From Oikopleura dioica (taxonomy: Eukaryota > Animalia > Chordata), in the NCBI GenBank assembly GCA_907165135.1, contig OU015569.1:10974001-11038000 (forward strand): a DNA stretch of 64,000 nt, given 5' to 3'. Below, piece by piece: positions 49,200 through 60,399 of this stretch (positions are counted from its first letter, which is position 1; each line of letters opens with the position of its first letter). The position numbers and the translations under genes were made by a program. A model generated the notes under the pieces. That model was not told the DNA's origin. It was given only the letters and a program-made list of their open reading frames with translations, and did no database searches.

Positions 49200-51373
49200 A
49201 CAGAGAGAACCCCGCGCCACAGCAATCAACAACGAAAACGGATAAAGAGAAACTCGAAGAGAATGATGCGAAAATACAAGAACTGCGTGATTTTCCTTGT
49301 CTACTCGATCGGAATGCTTTACACATCGCTAGGAAATCCAGTCAAAAATATGATTCTAGGAAAATATGATTTCATCCGTTGATTTTTCTGGCAAAGATAA
49401 GTTATCTTAGATAACACAGTGAGACCCTTAGTTTATCACATCATATTCGTTTCTAAAGCCTTTATAAAGGGTCTAACTTCATTTTGAGGTTTCTATTTTT
49501 TCAATATTTTGACAAGGTCGTAATAGCAATTGTGCACAACGTGACAGATTTCATGAAATACCATTCATCCTTCAAATCCGATTTCGTGAGCAGTGGCCAT
49601 CACCGACCCGTGGTCACTGTTTGTTCGGATAGTATGCATTCAAAAATGCTGAAGAACAAGCTCTATCCAAATCTGACCGATCTTGAGCTGCGGCATTTTT
49701 ATGGGCACAAGTACGCCGGCCACGGTACTACACAGTACGCGTACCCGGATTTGAAGCTCAAGGAGTTTTTCCGTTCCACAATGCCGTTTCTCAAAGTTGT
49801 CTACTGCACATACGGGAATATCAAATGCAAGAACAACTGGAAACGAGTCGCTACGTTCGAGGTACGTCAAATTATTGGAGAATCAAGAAATCGAAATTGT
49901 TGTTTTTTTGGGGGAGCTTATTCTGCTCTCGAACTAATTTAAAATAGATACGGGTTCACTAGCTAAACGGTTAAAAATTAATATCATGTAAAAAGGTCTA
50001 CTTTGTGACATAGTCGATGTCTATTCTTTTCTTGGCTCGGCAACCTGTGTAGAAAACCTGAGTTAAGGTCCTGAAAAAAATATGCCTTTGCGACACCCTT
50101 TCAAGACCCTGACTCAGGTTTTAACACAGGTTGCTGATCCCAGACTCCTATATTTCTTGATTTCTAGGGTGTGTGCTTGCAATTGAATATGCACGAACTG
50201 GACGTTTCGGAAAATGAAGGCGGTTTCGCTTCAGAAATGACCGTCTCTTTCGCCTTCAACGTTTCCGACAACACTTACGGCTGGAACGGGATGCAGAAAA
50301 ATCTCCGTCTGCGGAACACAGTTGCTCAGGAAAAACTCCAAGTACGAAAGCCACGCCGACTTGTTCTAACACGGCTTACTAGGTGACGGATCTGCATTTG
50401 CTGCGCGACGATATTCCATTATCGAGCACGCTGAAGCCGATCGTCATGCTCAGCGTCGAGCAAATCGTCTTCCTCGGCCACCCGTTCACCAACTGCAAGA
50501 AAATGGAGAAAGGAGATAGCTGTAAGTCCTTTTCGGTCCTTGTCGATGAGCTTGAAAAAGTGAAAATCAATCAAATTAAAGCGGAGACAGGAACGGTCGA
50601 TAGAACTTGCCCCAGTTTGCATTTCACCCCGGTACCGGCACGCATCGAATTTCCTCGTCAGTCATCATCACGCATGAACCTGAGAGCTTTTTAGACTACT
50701 CGAAAATGTGGTGCGAGGCAAAAGCAAAACTGGAAGACATCATTTACAAGTGCCGCTGCTTGCCAGACTACGTCGACGAGTTCAAGGCATTCAACATTAG
50801 TAAGGAAAATTTAAATGATAAAGAAGCACTCAGATTCTTCTCTAAGGCGCGCCAAACATCACCAACTCGTGTACATTCAAAGACCATGCTGAATGCATAA
50901 CGAACTTGTTCACCAGAGCCGAGTGGCACACAAGCTGCGAAGACGCATGCGAAAGTACAAAGCAAAGAAATGCTAATATCAGAGTATGCCCTGCCTTTCT
51001 CTTTGGATAATTCTATTTTATTTTCAGTATCAACAAGTTGAGCCGATTCTGGACATTATCATTCGAAAAAAGCTGCACTACTCATCGGACATAATTTTGA
51101 ATCACGTGACTTTGATGCTAGCGCCGCCGATTTTCGAGCGAAAGATCGAAGTTGCCGACTATCCGATTTCAGCGCTGATGGCGGATATTGGCGGCGATTT
51201 CGGTCTTTTCTTGGGACTCAGGTAAATTGAAAAGGAGCTTTTGAGACAAAATCTAACACTATTTGATAAGTACAATCAAGCTGCTGAAATTAATCGGCTA
51301 CTTTCTGATGCAAGTGGAAAAGAAACTGTCAAAAGCCTTCACGCGTTGTTCTTCTTTCGGTTACAAGATTTAA
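49200..51373 (+). CDS. DEG/ENaC (ASIC/ENaC superfamily) channel subunit; 5' end uncertain
   Basis: TM1 VIFLVYSIGMLYTSL...; post-TM1 RPVVTVCS; thumb cysteines (MWCEAKAK...CRCLP); YPISALMADIGGDFGLFLGLS; AATAAA just after the stop. Confidence 0.85.
50034..50143. repeat. Palindromic CTGAGTCAG micro-MITE copy (intronic)
   Basis: GGCTCGGCAACCTGTGTAGAAAACCTGAGTTAAGG...CCCTGACTCAGGTTTTAACACAGGTTGCTGATCCCAG. Confidence 0.85.
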
Positions 51374-51456
51374 TTGCAAATAAAAATCCACAGTACTAGA
51401 AACGAGGTTGACCAGCAGCCTGATTTTCGTTGTTATTTTTTGGCAGAGCTCAACAG

Positions 51457-52046
51457 TCAAGGCAGCGTCGAATCGTAGAAATGCTCCTCTTTTGACTCCA
51501 GCAGCGGCGCTTGATCCTCTGGCTTTGCTTTTGCAGGTAGCTGCTTGAAAATAAAATACACAGCTTTTGATCGGCTTTAGTTGAATTTTAAAAAGAGAGA
51601 TTTTACTTCCCCCCTTTTGGGTTAAATATTAAAGCCTTGACAACAACGCCGACAAGTAGACAAATGAACAGGACTCCTTGTTTCTTTGATGCGTCTGAAA
51701 AAAATTATTGAGCTTAAAAATAATAACGGCTTCTTAGTAAAACAAATATATTCATCAGGTTCCTTACAATCGATTCCTATTATAGCGAATGATTTCATCA
51801 AGAGCTTTGATTGGTCGATGAAAAATACAAGGATTTTTAGAAACCAGTGCTGCTAATTATCTTTATTTTTCTATCGATAAAACTCAATCCAATGTTTAGT
51901 TAGCCCGTTATCATTAAAAAAAAAATTCCCAACCACAAAAATCAGAAAGTATGTGATCTCTTACCGACGTAGTGCGGGGTCTGATCGGGCCCGTAGATGA
52001 CTCCTATATTGCTCTTATCGTGGTAGTATTCCTCTGTCTTTCCCAT
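51457..52046 (-). CDS. Small orphan protein with one hydrophobic segment
   Basis: Exons MGKTEEYYHDKSNIGVIYGPDQTPHYV|, ASKKQGVLFICLLVGVVVK|, QLPAKAKPEDQAPLLESKEEHFYDSTLP*. Confidence 0.5.
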
Positions 52047-52301
52047 CGGGTTTATATTTTGGACTTGCGCGTGAAAAAAGAACGAGGTGCCGTGTGAATA
52101 AATGTCTTTTTGATTGATTAGCCTAAAATATTATATTCTTACGCGTCAACAGCGACACCGTCTGATTCAAATTTAGCTTCGCTCCTCTTTTTCCAACTCT
52201 TGAAAAAAAGATTGTCCAGCGTTAATTAGTAATATGCACCTTTAAAATTAACAAACGTTTATTTCAGAAGCCCTGAAAATAGCTGTTTACTGCTTATTTA
52301 G

Positions 52302-52971
52302 GGGTACTATCTTCGATTTCCAGAAGGTGACCTTTCGAAAGATTTATAAGAATCGGTTATTAGAGATGGATTCTTCATAAAATTTTATGATTATACCTTA
52401 TTGACAACTATTCAAAATTATCAATATATCTTGAGATATGGCCACTATAAGTTTTTTCGAAAAAAAATTTTTAACTTCGATTTTCTTGATCAACGGCTTG
52501 TTCGAAAGCTCAGAGCAAGAGCAGTATGTTGGTAGCTGTATCGATCGCTACATCAAGATATTTTCGATTCTAGAGTCAAAAATGTGTCGCAAAATTTTAA
52601 AAATATGCTCAATTTTCGCAAAATCTGCGAGACACAATTTTCAAAAAATTATTTTTGGTATTTTTAGTTTTTCAATGAAAAATTCCTTCTGTAATTTTAA
52701 AGATTAAGGTTCAAATTACATATAAAAAATATAATAAGGCCAAGTTTTCAGACTTGTTTTTGAGTTATTCAACCGTTTATATAGGCCATTTTGGCGAAGA
52801 TGACCACTTCAAGCCAAAATTTAGCCGCTTTTGGGTCAAGCAATTAATAAACCCCTCTGTAATAGTTAAGATCTAGGACAGGTCTATTTAATGAGACCAT
52901 ATTGACTCAGCAATCATTTACAAGTTCCGAGTTATTCAAGGCTCAAGTTGGGGAAATCGAAGATAGTACCC
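52302..52971. mobile_element. TTAA-type MITE D with short TIRs (670 bp)
   Basis: GGGTACTATCTTCGATTTCC / GGAAATCGAAGATAGTACCC; flanks TTAG and TTAA. Confidence 0.7.
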
Positions 52972-55161
52972 TTAAAGCTTTGAACGTCTACCCTAGCCTC
53001 CTTAGAACTTGTTTTGTTACTGTTGTATCACTGTAAAATCTAGTAGAACTACTGTTGCTAGTACTTTTCTAAGACTCTGTATAAACCCCTTCCTTTGGCA
53101 AATACGGCATCATTGGCGGTTTTCTCTCACATTCGTCACTTTCTTTATCAGAGACTGAAATTTTAACTCGCGTAGAAGACTCTAAGTTGCTCTGAAGATA
53201 AAGCATTCGCAGCAAATTGCCTCTTTTAAAATTCAATTTACGACAAACGAAACAACTCAGGCCAAGAACAGACATTCTTTTGAAGTTCAAAATTTGAACC
53301 CTTTTTTTTGCCCACCCTTCTAATTGTTTCCCAACTATCCAAACTTGAGAAGGTACTTTTCTGATGTCAAAATAAACTTATCTTGGCAAATTATCTTTTT
53401 AGAGAAATATAATTTGATAAGCAGGTCTTTAACTCTTTTCTTTTAATAGAACGAATCGAGGAGGGCCTTTTAACATTCGTATGATTTCAAAAAATTCAAA
53501 ATTTGGGCAAAAATTGCAACTTTACGGGAAATTTTAAGGGTGTTACTTTGAAGTCAGAAGAAAGCTTTTAATGTCATTTCTGTTCAATATGACCTAAGGT
53601 AACAGAATCTGAAGAAAAACTCTAAATATTCTGTCTCAGGCAAGACCTAGGTCTACCCCCTTAAGGACCCTTCCTTAATTTGCCATTCTTTTGATTTAGA
53701 CAACATTAATTGCTTCCCGAAGCTTTTTCCCCAAATTATCTCAAAATTGGAAAGGTCCTAATCTCCTGTCCAAATTAACTAATTATCCCAAATTATCTTC
53801 TTCTAGAGCAATTTCAGCCTCTCTGCCTCAATTGTAATCACCCAGCCGTTCGCAGCAAATTAAGCCAGCACCCTTTTTCTTTCTCAACTCTTGGTTCAGT
53901 CTCTTTGTATCTTTTTCGACTCAGAAGAAAAAAAATCCGAATTAAGGATTCCTTTCTTGAATTAGAAATGAGTTGATATCATCCCAGCATTCTCGCACTC
54001 GTCCTACTGGACTCTCCGTTTTTCCACATACCGGAGTTGATGAATAAATTACACTTTTCACTAAATGAAAGCGGCAACTAATAATCGATACACAATATTA
54101 TCTACTATCGATACAAGCGTTGACCTCCAGAGCTGCAATTTACGCATCCTGGCAATTAGCTAAATTTGAAGCCATAATTCAATTTTAAAGGCCCCTTCAC
54201 TAATTAGAATATAGACAATGATATAGTAGTAATAGCTTTTTAAGGGGGTTATTGTCGAGAAACCGATTTCCCTTTAGAATAAGTATACTGATGCCCTTAT
54301 TTTCTACTATCAAAAGAAGCGCGTTTATTTGGTAGCTTCTCTTGAAGAAAGAAAAAATTGAAATAAGGGCGTCTATACCCTTAATTCATTATATAAAGAG
54401 GGGGTTGATAAAGGTGTAATAGTTCACTCTTGAAATAAGGGTGTTGCCATGTTAGGTCAGATTTCAAAAAATCTTTGTTGAAAATGTCAATTTGATTAAG
54501 TTCTCGTTCACATTCAACTCTCGAACTTTGAGTCATTTGAACGCCCGTTCGTCTAGAATTTTTTAGAACAAAGTGGCTACTTATTGATAAGGAGGTTAGT
54601 TCACTCAAAGTGGGCGAAAATGCAACCGCGAGATTAACCACACCGCGGCTCGGCCGATATTGGATCCGCATTCACAGTAACTAAGGATCCACATCAATTT
54701 AATATGATACAGTATCGTTTTCCGTATATTTTTCCAATAAATACAGAAAGCGGGATTGGCGTTATGGTCAATTTGAGTTATTTTATCGGAAAAATTATTT
54801 CTTTCTTTGGATTTAAAAATTTGGCTATTAGAAGGAAGCATTGAAAGTTTTTTAGAAAAATAATGAATTATTCAAAGTGATTTTTGTTGTGTATTAATTA
54901 TTGTCCTGGGATGTGTTTGCGGTGGGGGCACCCGTCACGTGTCTTTCAGGGATGCAATGTGTGGTACGGTACTCCACTCGACGTAAACGAGGTAATGATG
55001 ACGTAAACACGCATTCTAGCGGCGCGGCGCTAGAGAGACTAATCAAGACAACTCACTAATCAAACGCGAAAGAACAAAACAGAGAAATAAATGCGCTAAG
55101 AGCTTAATTTACAATTTTACAGAGAGAGTGCGCTAATTCAACGAAAAAAAAAATCAACACG

Positions 55162-56700
55162 ATGCAATTAATACCACTCAAGTTTGTGTTATTGCCTTTG
55201 CTTGCGAACGGGCAGCCACAAGTTGGAGCTGCTGGGGTTGATTCTTGCACAGGTATTGTTACTTATTTATTACAGTTGATACAGTAATACATTAATGATT
55301 ACAATTATTACAGCACTTTCTTACTAAAGCAACAAAAAGTAGTTATTTTTAACCGAATTATAAAGCTGAGATTTCTGCATGAATTAAGATAGTGACCCCC
55401 TTATTTAGTCAAATCAAAAGTTCATTAAAATCTTCGTCTTACTTTTCCAAAAATATTTTTTCGAAGGCACCAATTTATGATATTTTTCAATCTAAGTATT
55501 TGTTGATTATGAGTCGTTTTACCTGTAATAGTTGATCATGCTTGTAATTCATGATTTAGGCACCGGTTTATTTTATAATAATTGATCAATTTTATTGGAC
55601 CATTTAATATTTTGGTAAATGATCTATTTGTGGGCTAAATGCGGTAGAATCAGTAGAAAATTGCCAATTATTTTTTCGTAAGTGTAAAAGTATGACTAGG
55701 AGGGGACATGGTCGATTGGAGCAGACGAACGCTTTTCGGTCATTTCTGGAGCGCGGACTGTCCAAGCCAAGCGAAGATGCTCACTGTTTTCATGGGTCAG
55801 CGAAAGTGCAAGAAGAGCTACACAAACTGGCACAAGCTGCGAGGAAGCACCTGGTGTGAATATGTAAGAATGACTTACAATCAATAGTTCGCAAAAACAG
55901 GCTTTCTTTTTTGTCTATTGCTTGCTTCTAGTTTTGGCATTAGAAAAAAGGGTTTCTTTGGCGTTATCCACCTTGTGTTTAGGGCGATGATGGAGAATTG
56001 GACTACCGCGGGCTCGGAAAATCAAACTGCGCGTTCGAACTCAAGCGACGTGGAATCGAGACCCTCAGCGATGCCGAGCTACTGGTCTTCTGTCAGTCCT
56101 ACCTGAAACTCAAGTGCGCCAAGATGCTGCATTAAGACCCTCTCCTGTAAAATTGCTCTACTGTACTAGAAACTGTGTCAATTGTTTATTTAGAACCTTT
56201 CTTTAAAAATGGGCGTTCAGATTTTACTTTCAAAATCGGATGTGGATAATTCAAAAGCTAACGCTTCTAGCAGCCTTTGCAAAGTCACAAATGGCTGAGC
56301 CGGATTACTCAAAGACACTTTTTCCAGAAGTGCTCCTCGACGACTGTGATCACCAAGAAGCTGTTCTCAAAGCTCTCTTGAGGTACGAATCCAACGCCCG
56401 CAACTCTTTCTAACTCTATTCTTCTAGCACAAACAAGGATTGCGACAATGACATCCGGTGGAAGAACTTCCGCCGGCTGCGTCGCATCCCCTGTCCTGAG
56501 AATCAGGCCGAGGTAGACCTCGCCAGTTTGAACTGTGTTGCCGAACTGCAAAAACAGGTTTCAGATGACACTATCGCTACTAGAAACGTCAGTACTAAAC
56601 TTAACCACTTCACAAGAATTATTCGTTGGTGCCCGCCAGAATTGGATTGTTCATATCAGATTCAATTCTGGAAATATAAATGGTGTTTCATTCTGGTGTT
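55162..56700 (+). CDS. Probable orphan gene or genes; exon chain unresolved
   Basis: Signal-peptide-like exon MQLIPLKFVLLPLLANG (55162-55253); coding-like spliced segments at 55691-55850, 55983-56135 and 56290-56600. Confidence 0.35.
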
Positions 56701-56757
56701 ATTTTATTGGATTAGACGTCAAAAAGACAGCTCTTTGAGCAGGCTTTTTTATATGAA

Positions 56758-56841
56758 TTAACATATTGATACCCTTATTTTATTTGGGACCAAAAACACT
56801 AGAGTTCTTGGTTTGATAAAATAAGGGTATCAATATGCTAA
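56758..56841. repeat. Short hairpin element of the AAAATAAGGG family
   Basis: About 26-bp arms ACATATTGATACCCTTATTTTA / TAAAATAAGGGTATCAATATGC. Confidence 0.75.
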
Positions 56842-57938
56842 CTCTACGGGAAAAATCATGTTGGAAGTTGCACTTTTGGACGTCTACCCCTTTATCAGTG
56901 ATTCTAAGGATTCACCTGTTTCGTTTTCTACGCAGCTTGACTGATATGCAAAAAGGACTTCCTTTTTTGGTGTGTTCAAGTTTTTACGGAAAAATGTAAT
57001 CGTTTAGAAACAGGGCGTTTTAACATCAACTGTGACAGTCGAAGACATGACGATTTACTGCAATCTCTATCTCAAATTAAAATGCGAAAAGGCCCTTCCC
57101 TGATTTAACCTTTCCCGAATCTCTGTACAAAATATACAATAAAGGAATAAAGAAGAATCGTTTATTGTTTTTGAAAAAGAAGTACAAAAGTAGTAGAAAC
57201 GTACAAAAACGGTCGGCAGCGCACAGTAACTTTGTTTTGTCTTTTTTAAACATTTTGAAGGAAGAAGAGAAGAGAGGGTCGGAAGAATTATCGACGGCTG
57301 TCGCGAGATCTGCTCTTCCCGCGCGCGCCTAGGTTAAAAAGGTTAGGGGTTAGGGTTAGCGTTTAGAGCTCATTATTAAAATAAGAGTTAATAGAGTGAT
57401 TCCCTTATTTAATAATCTGCAGATTATATTTATAATTCCTTTAGGAAGAACAAGATAAGCGTTGATGCTTTCTTTTGACTCGAAAAATAAGGGTGTCACC
57501 AAGTAATTACCAGGAGAAGAACAGCTTGAAATAAGACTTACCAGTTTGGACAGGAATCGGAAGCTTGGCATTTGGATTTCCTGTTTCTTTTTCTTTCCAA
57601 ATTGCAGCTCTTTGTCTGACCAAAGAAGACTAAAAAGGGGATTAGAAAAAAAGTTTAAGAAAAAAAAAATGCACACTGCAAGAAGCGATAAATTCGTAAT
57701 GTTTTTGGATGAAAATGATAAGTCAGTGATATTGCGATGAATATTCAGAAAGGGATGAGACTCAAAAACGGACTCAAAATAAGGACTAACTTCGCGATTT
57801 CGTGATAGGGAGCGGCATTCCCGGCTGCGCGAGCGAGACTCTCTAGTGCGACCTCGAGCCTAAAATCATATTCGGATCATCTTCATTTTCTTATGATAAG
57901 ATTCTAAGAATTAATTGTAAAGATATGACCGAAATTGA

Positions 57939-59743
57939 TCAGTTTTTTTTTGCATGCGGTAATAACAAAGTTTTTGACCGAAAATTTTTTAAAAGAAAAA
58001 ATGTATTTTTGAGCAATTCGTGTGCATTGGACCAGAGGCCTTCCCCGAGATTTCTGTTCGTTAGGGTCCTAGAGAGTCGATTTTGAAAGCTAAGGGAGGG
58101 CCTCCGGAAGAAGGGATTAGTAAAGCGCACCTCTGTGTTTGAGGAAATCTCGTCGAGGTTAATGACGGCTTCCTGACCGACTGGCACAACTTGATGCGGC
58201 GTCACAGGCTTGAGCCCAGTGTCGAGCAAGATCACGTGAGTTCTCTTCAACTAAACAACGAAACACTAGACTCCTCGAACTCTCCCGGGCGGGCAGTCGC
58301 ATTAAGAACACTTTCAATGCTAGTTTTTCCTATGTGAAAGTCAGAAAGGGTTCTAAATGCAACCTGGTCCAGCCCAAAATTCAAATTAAAAAAAGAAATT
58401 GATCCGTAAAAATAATTATTTCTTGGGATGCAATGAAGAATAATGAAAGAGCGACTATTTTTGATGCTTTCCAACTTCAAAAGTTTCAACTGCCGAATCA
58501 AGTTTTTTCTTTCAGTTTGTGCAACTTGGTTAGAGTTTTGTGGAAAAACAGTTGATTTTTGCGGTGAAAATCAGTAAAAAGATTCATGCATTTCTTTTCA
58601 CTCAAGCGAATAATAAGCGAGCGAAAATATCAAAAACGCGAAAGCGGGAAAAATAGTGGACTTACTCTTGAGGAAGAATCGGAGGAGACAGAGGCTTCTG
58701 AGCTGATCGAATCTTCTGAAAAACGACGTCGAAGTTCACCAGGAGGGGGAATATCGTCAACTGGCACGTCTACCGGAATATTTTCTTCTTTGTTCTTAGT
58801 TGAACTCTTGACTTTTGATATCTGAATCAATAAATTGTGCAAAGAAAAAGCCTAGTTGATTACCTTTGATTCTGAAGATGCTTTCTTCACTTTTGATTTG
58901 GTCGTAATTGTATGACCGAGGAAACCTTTATCGGTGGAGTTGACGCTTGTGCTGGTTTCTAGCGTTTCGACGATGTTTTCAATCTTTTCGATTTTCTCGA
59001 CTTTGGACGGCATCGCCTTTTGCTCTTTTCGTGGGACTTTTTAAAGGGTCAGTTTTTCCGCATTGAAGGGTAAATTAAATTAAATTACCCTTCAGTATTA
59101 TATTGCTTGATCAGGCTTTTTGGAGTTTTCCTGCAGTCAAAATCTATAAATAACAAACCAATTTTATAGTATCTTTTCTGGGCTGATATCAGACCTGAAT
59201 ATCTTGAAGAAACATTTTATCGTCGTAACTAAAACTCTACTGAACAATTTTTTTCGGGGGAAAACTCTTTTATGGTGCCTTCTTAGACTTGGCATAATGT
59301 TAAAATTTGAAATCTTTTCGGACCCATGCCTACAGAAGGAAAAGACTTGGAGATTGATTTGATCTGGGACTTTTTCGTTTTTTGAGAGTTTTCCAATTGG
59401 AGCTTTTGCGGTTCGGCAATTACTGTGTCCAGTGCGCTCGAGTTTTTGGAGGGCTGTGTTTGTGGCTTGCTGTCTTCCTGTTTCGGCGGTTGGGGCTGTT
59501 CGTTCAACGTTTTCGCCGCGGCGGTCTAAAACAAGCCATTCGGCGGTTGCGGAATACAGGAGCTACCTACGTTGCCTTTCTTGAAGGAGAGCGCCGGAGC
59601 GGTACTACTCGCCTTTTCGAACATGGAGCGCTTCTTGCGCACCCGCTCCACTTTGGTATCTAAATCAGCCGACTCACAATCAATTGACTCACTGTCCTCG
59701 GCTTCGTCAGAATTGCCACTCGGGATAAGTTCATACACAAACA
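57939..59743 (-). CDS. Ser/Glu/Lys-rich exon cluster, probably the 3' part of the FILIP1-like gene
   Basis: Several minus-strand exons with splice sites; the first (59743) starts at an internal phase-1 acceptor without its own ATG. Confidence 0.5.
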
Positions 59744-60399
59744 CTAAACAATCCATGCAAAAATACTGTCAATAAGCTTGATCATAAGTAGCGAGAAATC
59801 AGAATCACAAAAGTGCCCAAGCCGAATTTCTAGCGTTTCTTTTTTTTTGTGCGAGCGAGCGAGCAGTTTTGTGACTTACAAGGTTTTTTAGGACTCTTTT
59901 CAACAACATCCGATGTTCCGTCTGAAATCGATGTCGCGTTTGTTCAAGAAAATTTTTGAAATGCGCAAAAATTTAAATTTATAAAATGAGAAAAGGAATA
60001 AGAAAGAAAAAAAAGCGTTGTAAAGAGGGATGAGAAAAGAAAAGCTACTTTCTCAAATGAAATATTATACCGGATTTTTGGCGCTGTTGCTCTTTTCCTT
60101 TCTCCTCTGGCTTTTCTTCTGGTTCAGCTTTGAGGGACGTACTTGATTTGGACTAAAATAGAGGGTTAACGGGGTAGAAATCGTTAATTGGATTGCCAAG
60201 GAGCCTTTTCTATCAGAAATTTTACAAAGACATCCCCTTATTCTCTCGTTTGATTTTGTAAAATAAGGGTGTGACCGTGTTAACATATTAGCTTGAAAAT
60301 GCGTTTAAGGTTCTCTACCCCCTAAAATAGAATACCAATGGAAGCATGCGTTGTTAGTGATTTTCAAACCTCTCTAAGGGTGGGGCTAATAACTGACTC

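Noticed and set aside
51447-51495. Overlapping coding ends of the DEG/ENaC gene and the antisense small gene
   Set aside because: The simpler model stops the channel at 51373 followed by AATAAA, so no overlap is needed
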